A DNA stretch of 64,000 nt from Betaproteobacteria bacterium (GTDB lineage: Bacteria; Pseudomonadota; Gammaproteobacteria; Burkholderiales; CAIKXV01): contig CANHBC010000001.1 in NCBI GenBank assembly GCA_947458835.1, positions 11,854 through 75,853 on the forward strand, in the 5' to 3' direction. Made by a program: the position numbers and the translations under genes. This document shows, one piece after another, positions 47,894 through 56,130 of the stretch (position 1 is its first letter; each line of letters starts with the position of its first letter). The notes beneath the pieces were generated by a model that worked only from the letters and a program-made list of their open reading frames with translations, was not told where the DNA came from and made no database searches.

Positions 47894-49813
47894 TCATGAC
47901 CCGGCTGCCAGCGGCATCGCCGCCGGCCCCGGAGGCAGCCCGGCGTCGGGCATGTCCGGGCGGGCCACGGCCGCGGCCGGCTGGTACAGCTTCGTCAGTT
48001 CGGGCGACTCGCGCAGCAACTGGGCGCGTTCCAGCGCAGCCAGCAGATGCGATCGGACCAGTTGCTGGTTAACCGGCTTGTTGAGGAACCGGAAGATCTG
48101 CGCCTGGTTGATCAGCTCGATCATCAGCTCGGAATCGGAGGCGCTGGTGACCACGATCGACAGGATGCCCGGTTTCTCGTGCTTGAGGGTCTTCAGCAGC
48201 GCGACGCCTTCGGCACCGGTGTACTCGACGTCCATCAGCACGATCGACACCGGGTGCTGGTCTATCTGGTCCATCGCCGAGTCCGCGTCCAGCGCATGGC
48301 GGATCTGGCAGACCCCGACCAGCATCTCCTTCACCGAGCGCAGGAGCTCGTAGCTCGGGTCGACGACGAGCACGGCCATCTCCTGCCTGGCCTCGGTGTT
48401 CACGCGCAGCACCCGCCGTTCGCCGACGGTCAGGCCGATCTCGACCGCCTCCTGCACGATCTGCTTCAGGTCCCGGTTGTTCCACGGCTTGTTGATGAAG
48501 CGGAAGATCTCGCCCTCGTTGATCGAGCCCACGATCGCGTTGAGGTCGGAATAGCCGGTGAGCAGCAGGCGCATCGAGGTGGGCGAAGTGATCTTGGCGC
48601 GCCGGAGCAGTTCGACGCCGAGCATCTCTGGCATGCGCTGGTCGCTGATGATCGCGTGCATGTGGAACTTCTCGACGAAGCGCAGCGCATGGCTGCAGTT
48701 GCTGGTCGCGAACACGTGGAAATCGTCGCGGAACAGCGCCTTGAGCGAGGTGAGGATACGCTCCTCGTCGTCGACCACCAGCAGCCGGGGCTTGTGCGCA
48801 GACGACACCGGGGCCGACGGCGACGGCGATGCCTGCGATCCGTAGCGCCCGGGCATCGAGGACGTGGCGCCGGTGGCATCGGCATGGCGCAGCAGTCGCG
48901 CCGCGGCCGACAGGCTGCGCGTGGTCTCGGGGCTGATCGGCAGGGGTGCCTGTACCTCGCCCACCCGCCGTAGCGTCGCCTCGATGCCGCGCTGGAATGC
49001 GGCCCGGAACTCGGCGGCGCCCTGGAATCGCTCCTCGGGCCGCTTGGCGAGCGCCTTGAGCACTGCCTGGTCGAGTTCCGGGGCGATGCGCGGATCGGCC
49101 TGGGACGGTGCGATGACCTTGACCTCCGGGTCCATCACCTGGCGCATCACGAAGGCGGTGCTGCCGGAGTACGCACGCTGCCCGGTGAGCAGTTCGTAGG
49201 CGACGGTGCCGGCGGAGTACACGTCGGTCGATGGCGTCGCCGGCGAGCCCTGGAGCAGTTCGGGCGCCATGAAGTGCGGGGTGCCCAGCGGTTCGTTGTT
49301 GACCACCATTCGGGTCGACTCGACCTGCGCGATCCCGAAGTCGGTGACCTTGACGTGTCCTTCGCTGGTGAGCAGGAGGTTCGCGGGCTTGATGTCCTGA
49401 TGGATCACGCCGTTCCTGTGCGCGTACTCCAACGCCGACAGCAACTGGTCGACGATCGATCCGATCTGCGCGAAGTCGTGGCGGCGGCGCTCCAGCAGCC
49501 GCTGGTGGAGCGTCTTTCCGGGGACCAGTTCCATCGCGATGAACGCGACTTCCGGGCTCTCGCCGTAGTCGTAGATCTGGACGATGTTCGGATGCATCAG
49601 GCGACCGGCTGCCTGTGCCTCGCGCTTGAAACGCTCCAGCACGACCATCGCCTGGTCGGGATCGAGCGCCCGCTTGATCAGCGCCTTGATCGCGACCGGA
49701 CGCTGGATGGTCGGGTCGAACGCCGAGTAGACGGTGCCCATGCCACCCCGGCCGAGGATGCCGTGCACTTCGAACTTGCCGATGGTGACGGGAATCGGGC
49801 CGGTCGTACTCAT
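47894..49813 (-). CDS. Ser/Thr protein kinase fused to two REC domains (module 2; non-RD catalytic loop HQD)
   Basis: 639 aa, a paralogue of 44098-46026. The kinase motifs are GRGGMGTVY, VAIKAL, HQDIKPANLLL, DFGIA and GTPHFMAPE. REC1 has VVDDEE, SDQRMPEMLG, LLTGY and FINKPW. REC2 has VVDPS, LMDVE, VTSASD and FLNKPV. Confidence 0.88.
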   Translation of the reverse strand: MSTTGPIPVTIGKFEVHGILGRGGMGTVYSAFDPTIQRPVAIKALIKRALDPDQAMVVLERFKREAQAAGRLMHPNIVQIYDYGESPEVAFIAMELVPGKTLHQRLLERRRHDFAQIGSIVDQLLSALEYAHRNGVIHQDIKPANLLLTSEGHVKVTDFGIAQVESTRMVVNNEPLGTPHFMAPELLQGSPATPSTDVYSAGTVAYELLTGQRAYSGSTAFVMRQVMDPEVKVIAPSQADPRIAPELDQAVLKALAKRPEERFQGAAEFRAAFQRGIEATLRRVGEVQAPLPISPETTRSLSAAARLLRHADATGATSSMPGRYGSQASPSPSAPVSSAHKPRLLVVDDEERILTSLKALFRDDFHVFATSNCSHALRFVEKFHMHAIISDQRMPEMLGVELLRRAKITSPTSMRLLLTGYSDLNAIVGSINEGEIFRFINKPWNNRDLKQIVQEAVEIGLTVGERRVLRVNTEARQEMAVLVVDPSYELLRSVKEMLVGVCQIRHALDADSAMDQIDQHPVSIVLMDVEYTGAEGVALLKTLKHEKPGILSIVVTSASDSELMIELINQAQIFRFLNKPVNQQLVRSHLLAALERAQLLRESPELTKLYQPAAAVARPDMPDAGLPPGPAAMPLAAGS

Positions 49814-49856
49814 CTGGATCGCGTGGGTGATGCGTGGAAGGCGTCGCCGGGGCTGC

Positions 49857-51821
49857 TCACGGCGCCTGCAGGGCTGCCTGCCGGGCGGGGCGTTCGTCGG
49901 GCGCGGCCGGGGCCGGCGTGGACGGCGCAGCGTCCGCGGGCGCCTCGGCCGGCTTGGCCTGGCTGGCCGGCAGCAGCACGGTGAACGTGGTGCCTTCGCC
50001 CAGGCGCGAGTGCACGAGAATCTTGCCCCTGTGCTGGTCGATGATCTTGAACGAGATCGACAGCCCGAGCCCGGTGCCCTTGCCGGTCTCCTTGGTGGTG
50101 AAGAACGGATCGAAGATCCGCGGCAGCACCTCGGGCGGGATGCCGCGGCCGTTGTCGCGCACTTCCACCATCACGCTGTGGCCCACCGCCCGGGTGGTCA
50201 GCGTGATCTGCCCGCCCGGGCCGCGCTCCTCGAGCACCTGCGCGGCATTCGTGACCAGGTTGAGGAACACCTGGTTCACCTGCGAGGCGGCGCAGACCAC
50301 CGGTGGCAGCTTGCCGAAGGACTTGCGCACCTCGATGCCCTTGAGCAGGTGCCGGGCGAGCAGCAGCGTGCTCTCCAGGCCCTGGTTCACGTCGAACACC
50401 TGCACCTTGAGCCGGTCGAGGCGGCTGAAGTCCTTCAGGTTGACCACGATCTCGGCGATCCGGTCGATGCCGTGCAGGCCGTCCTGCACCAGCAGCGCGA
50501 GCTCGCCCAGCGTGTTGCGGTCGCGCAGCGTCTCGATGTCGCGGTCGACCCGGCTGAACTGGTCGCGCAGCTGGTCCTCGGGCGTGTCGGTGGACTGCAG
50601 CATCCGAAGCAGCCGGTCGAAGTGCTCGACCAGGTCGACCAGCGAGCCCAGGCGGTCGTCGACCATCCCGAGGTTGTTCTTGACGTAGGCCAGGGGCGTG
50701 TTGATCTCGTGCGCGACGCCGGCGACCATCTGGCCCAGCGATGACATCTTCTCGGACTGGATCAGCTGCGTCTCCGACTGCTGCAGTTCGGCCAGCGCGC
50801 TGGACAACTCCTGGGTGCGCGCGGTGACCCGCCGGTCGAGCGATTCGTTGACGTCCTGAAGCTGTGCGTTCGTGCGGTTGAGCATGCGGTAGCTCAGCGC
50901 GAGGCGCCAGCCGACGAAGCCGAGCAGGGCGAGCAGTGCGGCTGCATACCAGATGAGCACCGTACGGTAGCGCTGCTGTTCGGCGCCCGCAGCGCGCAGT
51001 TCGGTCTCGAACCCGTCGATCACCTGATCGAGTTCGCGCCCGGCGGTGGACTCCGAGACCACCTTCAGCAGGTCGGCCGACAGCTGGCGCCGCCCGATCA
51101 CTTCACGGCCCAGCTTGACCAGAGCATCGCGCGCGCCGGCGAGCCGGGCGCTGGCGTCGTCGGGGCGGGCCTCGTCGATGCCGGCGAGTGCGGCGTTGAT
51201 CGCGCGCGCGCGCTCGGACGAGCCGTCGACCACGAACGCACCGAGCTCCGCCGCTGCCTGCGTGGCCACGCGCTCGAGGTCGAGCAGGTTGCGCTGGGTC
51301 GCGGCGTCGACCGCCCGGGCCGGGCGCAGCGCGGAAACGTACTCGACGAACCACTGCTGCACTTGAGGCAGGCTGGTGGTGATGAAGTTCGACTCCGCCA
51401 GGAATCTCACCGTCACCGCGTTCTTTTCCTGGAACGCGCCGATCATGTCAGGCAGGCGCTCTCGCAGCGTCTCCGACGGCAGCCGTGTGGCCGACTGCTG
51501 CAGCGCGCGGAGCGTCTTGCCGACGGTAGGCACGAGGTTGACCGCAGACTCGTATCCGCGTTCGGTATCGGTGGTCGCGCGCAGGAGAATGGTGTCCCAG
51601 CGTGCCTCGAGCTCCTTCAGTGCGCGCAGCTGGCCGCTGATCTCGACCACGGCGCGTTCGTCGAGCGGGCGCGTCTTCCAGTACACGAAGCCGAGCGCGC
51701 CCAGCAGCAGCGCGGTGACCGCCGCGGCCGCGGCCACGCGCGGCCAGCCGTTCGCCGGGCGGTCGGTCCGGGATGCCGGGGATCCGTCGGGCTTTGCAGT
51801 GCGAAGGGGCAGTCGGAACAC
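49857..51821 (-). CDS. Membrane sensor histidine kinase (module 2), paralogue of 46023-47867
   Basis: 654 aa with a GTG start. It has the same architecture as module 1: two TM segments, a helical sensor region, the H-box AGVAHEINTPL, and the HATPase_c boxes [15 protein letters not shown] and GTGLGLS. Confidence 0.88.
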   Translation of the reverse strand: MFRLPLRTAKPDGSPASRTDRPANGWPRVAAAAAVTALLLGALGFVYWKTRPLDERAVVEISGQLRALKELEARWDTILLRATTDTERGYESAVNLVPTVGKTLRALQQSATRLPSETLRERLPDMIGAFQEKNAVTVRFLAESNFITTSLPQVQQWFVEYVSALRPARAVDAATQRNLLDLERVATQAAAELGAFVVDGSSERARAINAALAGIDEARPDDASARLAGARDALVKLGREVIGRRQLSADLLKVVSESTAGRELDQVIDGFETELRAAGAEQQRYRTVLIWYAAALLALLGFVGWRLALSYRMLNRTNAQLQDVNESLDRRVTARTQELSSALAELQQSETQLIQSEKMSSLGQMVAGVAHEINTPLAYVKNNLGMVDDRLGSLVDLVEHFDRLLRMLQSTDTPEDQLRDQFSRVDRDIETLRDRNTLGELALLVQDGLHGIDRIAEIVVNLKDFSRLDRLKVQVFDVNQGLESTLLLARHLLKGIEVRKSFGKLPPVVCAASQVNQVFLNLVTNAAQVLEERGPGGQITLTTRAVGHSVMVEVRDNGRGIPPEVLPRIFDPFFTTKETGKGTGLGLSISFKIIDQHRGKILVHSRLGEGTTFTVLLPASQAKPAEAPADAAPSTPAPAAPDERPARQAALQAP

Positions 51822-51969
51822 GGGCAGCGGACCTTTCGGAGCGTGCAGAATTAACGGATTGCCCCGCGCGGACTTGAGAAAGCAGCGAAACTTCTTAAGA
51901 AATGAGCGCCGCGCAGCTTAGGCTAATGAGAAATCCCAGTCCAGCATCGCCCGCCGGAGCGGGCCGTCG

Positions 51970-52407
51970 ATGACCGATCCCGGTGCCCTGAGCCTGCTTT
52001 TCCTGTCCGCCCTCGCAGCCGCCACCGTGCTGCCCATGCAATCCGAAGCGGTGTTGGTGGCGCTGCTGATCGCTGGCCAGCAGCACCCCTGGCTGCTGGT
52101 GGGGGTGGCGACCGTCGGTAACGTGCTCGGTTCGATCCTCAACTGGTGGCTGGGCAGGACCTTCGAGCGCTACCGTGACCGGCGCTGGTTCCCGGCCAGC
52201 GGCCAGTCGCTGGACCGGGCGGCCGCCTGGTACCGGCGCCATGGGCGCTGGTCGCTGCTGCTCAGCTGGGTGCCGGTGATCGGGGATCCGCTGACCGTGG
52301 TTGCCGGCGTGTTGCGCGAACCGCTGGCGAGCTTCGTGTTGCTGGTCACGGTGGCGAAGGCGGGCCGCTACCTCGTGCTCGCGTTCGGCACCCTTGCCAT
52401 CGCCTGA
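51970..52407 (+). CDS. yqaA: YqaA/DedA-type (SNARE-associated) small membrane protein
   Basis: 145 aa with four predicted TM helices and the motif LLLSWVPVIGDPLTVVAGVLR. Confidence 0.75.
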   Translation: MTDPGALSLLFLSALAAATVLPMQSEAVLVALLIAGQQHPWLLVGVATVGNVLGSILNWWLGRTFERYRDRRWFPASGQSLDRAAAWYRRHGRWSLLLSWVPVIGDPLTVVAGVLREPLASFVLLVTVAKAGRYLVLAFGTLAIA

Positions 52408-52431
52408 GCGCGCCCAGGCGGTGGCGGGCGG

Positions 52432-53136
52432 TTATTCGCCGAGGTAGGCCCGCCGGACCGCGTCGCTGGTCAGCAGCCCTTCGGACGGGCCCGACAGGGT
52501 GACCTCGCCGCTCTCGAGCACGTAGGCGCGCGCCGCGAGTTCGAGGGCCGCGCGCGCGTTCTGCTCGACCAGCAGGATCGACACCCGTTCGGCCGCGATC
52601 GCGCGGATGGTGTCGAAGATCAGCCGTGTGACCAGCGGCGCCAGCCCCATGCTCGGTTCATCGAGCAGCAGCAGCCGCGGTCGTGCCATCAGTGCGCGGG
52701 CGATCGCGAGCATCTGCTGCTCGCCGCCCGACAGGGTGCCTGCGAGTTGGCTACGTCGCTCGGCGAGGCGGGGGAACAGCGCGTAGTTGCGCGCGAGATC
52801 GGCCCGTACGCCGACGGGGTCGCGCCGCAGGTACGCACCCATGTCGAGGTTCTCGGCCACGGTCAGGCGGGCGAAGATGCCGCGTCCCTCCGGCACCAGG
52901 CTCATTCCGCGGCCTACCCGCTGGTGTACCGGCACGCGGGTGATGTCCTCGCCATCGAGCAGGATGCTGCCGGCACGCACCGGCAGTGCGCCCGCGATGC
53001 CGTTGAGCGTGGTGGTCTTGCCCGCACCGTTGGCCCCGATCACCGCGACCAGTTCCCCCGGGGACACCTCGAGGTCGAGATCGCGCACGGCTGAGATCGC
53101 GCCGTAGCCGAGCTGCAGCGAACGTACCGACAGCAT
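52432..53136 (-). CDS. livF: Branched-chain amino-acid ABC transporter ATP-binding protein LivF
   Basis: Trimmed to MLSVRSLQLGYG at 53136. It has the Walker A GANGAGKTT, the signature LSGGEQQM and the Walker B LLLLDEPS. Confidence 0.9.
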   Translation of the reverse strand: MLSVRSLQLGYGAISAVRDLDLEVSPGELVAVIGANGAGKTTTLNGIAGALPVRAGSILLDGEDITRVPVHQRVGRGMSLVPEGRGIFARLTVAENLDMGAYLRRDPVGVRADLARNYALFPRLAERRSQLAGTLSGGEQQMLAIARALMARPRLLLLDEPSMGLAPLVTRLIFDTIRAIAAERVSILLVEQNARAALELAARAYVLESGEVTLSGPSEGLLTSDAVRRAYLGE

Positions 53137-53972
53137 CAGGCTACCCCCGGCAGGCCGAGGGCAGTGTCGCCCTCGGCGTGGCTCGCGGGCCTGGCATCTT
53201 CCGCCGGCGCTCCGAGGTAGGCCTCGATCACCGCCGGATCGCGCTGCACCTGCGCCGGCGTGCCTTCGGCGATCAACTCGCCGCGGTCGAGGACCGCCAC
53301 CCGGTCGCACAGGCCCATCACCAGCCGCACGTCATGCTCGATCAGCAGCACCGTCGTGCCGTCGTCGCGCAACTTGACGATCAGTTCGCTCAGCGATGCC
53401 GTTTCCGAGGCGTTCATCCCGGCCGCCGGTTCGTCGAGTGCGACCAGCCGGGGGCTGCTCGCCAGTGCGCGGGCGATCTCCAGGCGGCGCTGCAGCCCGT
53501 AGGGCAGGCTGCCAGCCGGATGGTCCGCCCAGGCGGCGACCGACACTCGTTCCAGCAGTGCATGGGCCTCGGCCTCGAGCCTGGCCTCCTCGTCGCGTAC
53601 CCGGCGCGTGCGCAGCACCGCACCCAGTGCGCCCGCTCTGCTGCGCGTATGCATGCCGACCATCACGTTCTCCAGTGCGCTCATCTGGTGGAACAGCCGG
53701 ATGTTCTGGAACGTACGTGCCACCCCGAGCTGCACGACCCGGTGCACCGGCTCCCCGGTCAACCGGGTGCCATCGAGCATGCAGCCGCCGCTGTCGGGCT
53801 GGATGAACCCGGTCACCACGTTGAACAGCGTCGTCTTGCCTGCGCCGTTGGGTCCGATCAGGCCGTACACGGCGCCCTGCGGTACCTCGAACGACACGCC
53901 GGACAACGCCTTCACGCCACCGAAGGCCTTGCTGATGCCCTGCACCGTGAGCAGCGGGCCTGCTGTGCTCAC
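53136..53972 (-). CDS. livG: Branched-chain amino-acid ABC transporter ATP-binding protein LivG
   Basis: The GTG start forms a GTGA overlap with livM. It has the Walker A GPNGAGKTT, LPYGLQRRLEIARAL and LVALDEPAAG. Confidence 0.9.
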   Translation of the reverse strand: MSTAGPLLTVQGISKAFGGVKALSGVSFEVPQGAVYGLIGPNGAGKTTLFNVVTGFIQPDSGGCMLDGTRLTGEPVHRVVQLGVARTFQNIRLFHQMSALENVMVGMHTRSRAGALGAVLRTRRVRDEEARLEAEAHALLERVSVAAWADHPAGSLPYGLQRRLEIARALASSPRLVALDEPAAGMNASETASLSELIVKLRDDGTTVLLIEHDVRLVMGLCDRVAVLDRGELIAEGTPAQVQRDPAVIEAYLGAPAEDARPASHAEGDTALGLPGVA

Positions 53973-55126
53973 GGCCGGGGCTCCGGTCCTGTCGAGGCAG
54001 ATCCGCCGGCCGCTGGCGCGGCGGCGAACTCGCGCCGGCGCACCGGCGAGGGCCAGAGGCCGGCGGGCCGCCAGCGCATGACCAGCACCAGCGCGATGCC
54101 GAACAGCAGCAGCCGCAGGTCGGACGGCTCGACCATCACCTGCCCGAACAGCGATCGCTGCATCGGGCCTATGTAGCGCAGCGCCTCGGGCAGGGCCACG
54201 AGCAGCACGGCCCCCAGCACGACCCCGCGCACATGGCCCATCCCGCCAAGCACGACCATGCAGAGCACCATGATCGATTCCATCAGCCCGAAGCTCTCGG
54301 GGCTGACGAAGCCCTGGAAGCTGGCATACAGGCTGCCCGCAATGCCGCCGAAGCTCGCGCCCAGCGCGAACGCGAGCAGCTTCAGGTTGCGGGTGTTGAC
54401 GCCGGATGCGCTCGCCGCCAGTTCGTCCTCGCGGATCGCCACCCAGGCGCGCCCGACGCGTGAATGCTGCAACCGGATCGACACGAACACCACCAGCAGC
54501 GTCAGTGCGAGGAACAGGTAGTAGTAGTTGTACAGGGCCGGAATCGACAGCGGCCCGATCGAATGCACCTGGGCCATCGACACGCCGGCGACCTCGATCG
54601 GCCGGACCATGGTGATCCCCTGCGGGCCGTTGGTCAGGTTGATCGGTGCGTTCAGGTTGTTGAGGAAGATGCGGATGATTTCGCCGAACCCGAGCGTGAC
54701 GATCGCGAGATAGTCGCCGCGCAGCTTGAGCGTCGGCGCGCCGAGCAGCACGCCGAACACGCCGGCGAGCACGGCAGCCGCGGGCAGCAGCAGCCAGAAC
54801 GGCAGGTACAGGCCGAAGTGCGGCGAGGCGCACAGCGCATACAGGTAGGCACCGACCGCGAAGAACGCGATGTAGCCGAGGTCGAGCAGGCCGGCGAAGC
54901 CGACGACGATGTTCAGTCCGAGGGCGAGCATCGTGTACAGCATCACCAGGTCGAGCACCCGTACCCAGGCGCGTCCGAGCAGTGCGTCGACCAGGAACGG
55001 CGCGAGCAGCAGCGCGGCCACGGCCAGCGCCAGCACCATGCCGCGGGCGAGTGGCGAGGCGGAAGCCCCGGCGGCAGACGGCACCAGCGGCAGCCGCAGT
55101 GCCTGAATGAACAGCCACCTACGCAC
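53969..55126 (-). CDS. livM: Branched-chain amino-acid ABC transporter permease LivM
   Basis: A 385-aa polytopic permease with GLNIVVGFAGLLDLGYIAFF. It overlaps the livH stop by 8 nt. Confidence 0.88.
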   Translation of the reverse strand: MRRWLFIQALRLPLVPSAAGASASPLARGMVLALAVAALLLAPFLVDALLGRAWVRVLDLVMLYTMLALGLNIVVGFAGLLDLGYIAFFAVGAYLYALCASPHFGLYLPFWLLLPAAAVLAGVFGVLLGAPTLKLRGDYLAIVTLGFGEIIRIFLNNLNAPINLTNGPQGITMVRPIEVAGVSMAQVHSIGPLSIPALYNYYYLFLALTLLVVFVSIRLQHSRVGRAWVAIREDELAASASGVNTRNLKLLAFALGASFGGIAGSLYASFQGFVSPESFGLMESIMVLCMVVLGGMGHVRGVVLGAVLLVALPEALRYIGPMQRSLFGQVMVEPSDLRLLLFGIALVLVMRWRPAGLWPSPVRRREFAAAPAAGGSASTGPEPRP

Positions 55127-56042
55127 GGTCGGCCACCCGCTCGCCGAGCAGGCCGGAGGGACGGAACACCAGCACGAGGATCAGCACCGCGAACGCGAAC
55201 ACGTCCTGATAGTGGCTGCCGAGGAAGCCGCCGGTGAGGGCGCCGATGTAGCCCGCCCCGAGGCTCTCGATCACGCCGAGCGCCAGGCCGCCGAGCATTG
55301 CGCCCGAGACGTTGCCGATGCCGCCCAGCACGGCGGCTGTGAACGCCTTGAGCCCGAGCATGAAACCCATGTAGTAGTGGGCCTGGCCGTAGTAGCCGGC
55401 GATCATGATGCCGGCCACCGCCGCCAGCGCCGAGCCGAGCATGAACGTGAGCATGATGATCCGGTTCACGTCCACGCCCATCAGGCCGGCGAGCGCCGGG
55501 CTCTGCGAGGTGGCGCGCATCGCCCGACCGAGCCGGGTGCGGTTGATCAGCAGCAGTAGCGCGCCCATCAGCGATACCGTCAGCGCGACGATCAGCAGCT
55601 GGGTACCGGTGACCGTGGCGCCGAGGAAGGCATGCGGCTCGTTGGGCAGCAGCGGCGGGAACGACAGGTACTGCCGTCCCCAGGCGATCATCGCCAGGTT
55701 CTGCAGGACGATCGACATGCCGATCGCGGTGATCAGCGCGGTCAACCGGGGCGCATCGCGCAGCGGCCGGTACGCGACCCGCTCAAGCAGGGCGCCGAGC
55801 AGCATGCACGCCGGGATGGAGACCGCCACGCCGGCCAGCAGGACGATCGGCGCCGGCAGGCCGCCGGTGCCGATCGCCAGGACCACCGAGATCGCGACCA
55901 TGGCCCCGATCATCACGACCTCGCCATGCGCGAAGTTGATCAGGCCCAGGATGCCGTAGACCATCGTGTAGCCGAGCGCGACCAGCGCATAGATGCTGCC
56001 GAGCACGATGCCGTTGATCAGCTGCTGGATGAAGATGTCGAT
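55119..56042 (-). CDS. livH: Branched-chain amino-acid ABC transporter permease LivH (apparent non-canonical ATC start)
   Basis: The conserved N-terminus (I)DIFIQQLINGIVLGSIYALVALGYTMVYG begins at 56042. GGAGA lies 7 nt upstream. No ATG, GTG or TTG is in frame between the livK stop (56131) and this point. Confidence 0.85.
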   Translation of the reverse strand: MDIFIQQLINGIVLGSIYALVALGYTMVYGILGLINFAHGEVVMIGAMVAISVVLAIGTGGLPAPIVLLAGVAVSIPACMLLGALLERVAYRPLRDAPRLTALITAIGMSIVLQNLAMIAWGRQYLSFPPLLPNEPHAFLGATVTGTQLLIVALTVSLMGALLLLINRTRLGRAMRATSQSPALAGLMGVDVNRIIMLTFMLGSALAAVAGIMIAGYYGQAHYYMGFMLGLKAFTAAVLGGIGNVSGAMLGGLALGVIESLGAGYIGALTGGFLGSHYQDVFAFAVLILVLVFRPSGLLGERVADRA

Positions 56043-56130
56043 CGGTCGGTCTCCGCGAATGAAAACGCCACCGGTGGCACGGACCGTGGTCCGTGCGCCG
56101 GCGGTGACAGGATATTCCCCGTTTGCGGGG

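Noticed and set aside
53930-53975. An apparent extra C near 53937-53941 that would frameshift livG when I count the printed sequence by eye
   Set aside because: The supplied translation runs through this point in frame (..TVQGISKAFGG..), and the ORF coordinates on both sides are self-consistent. I therefore treat this as my own counting error and used the ORF-track frames. My coordinates near here may be off by 1.
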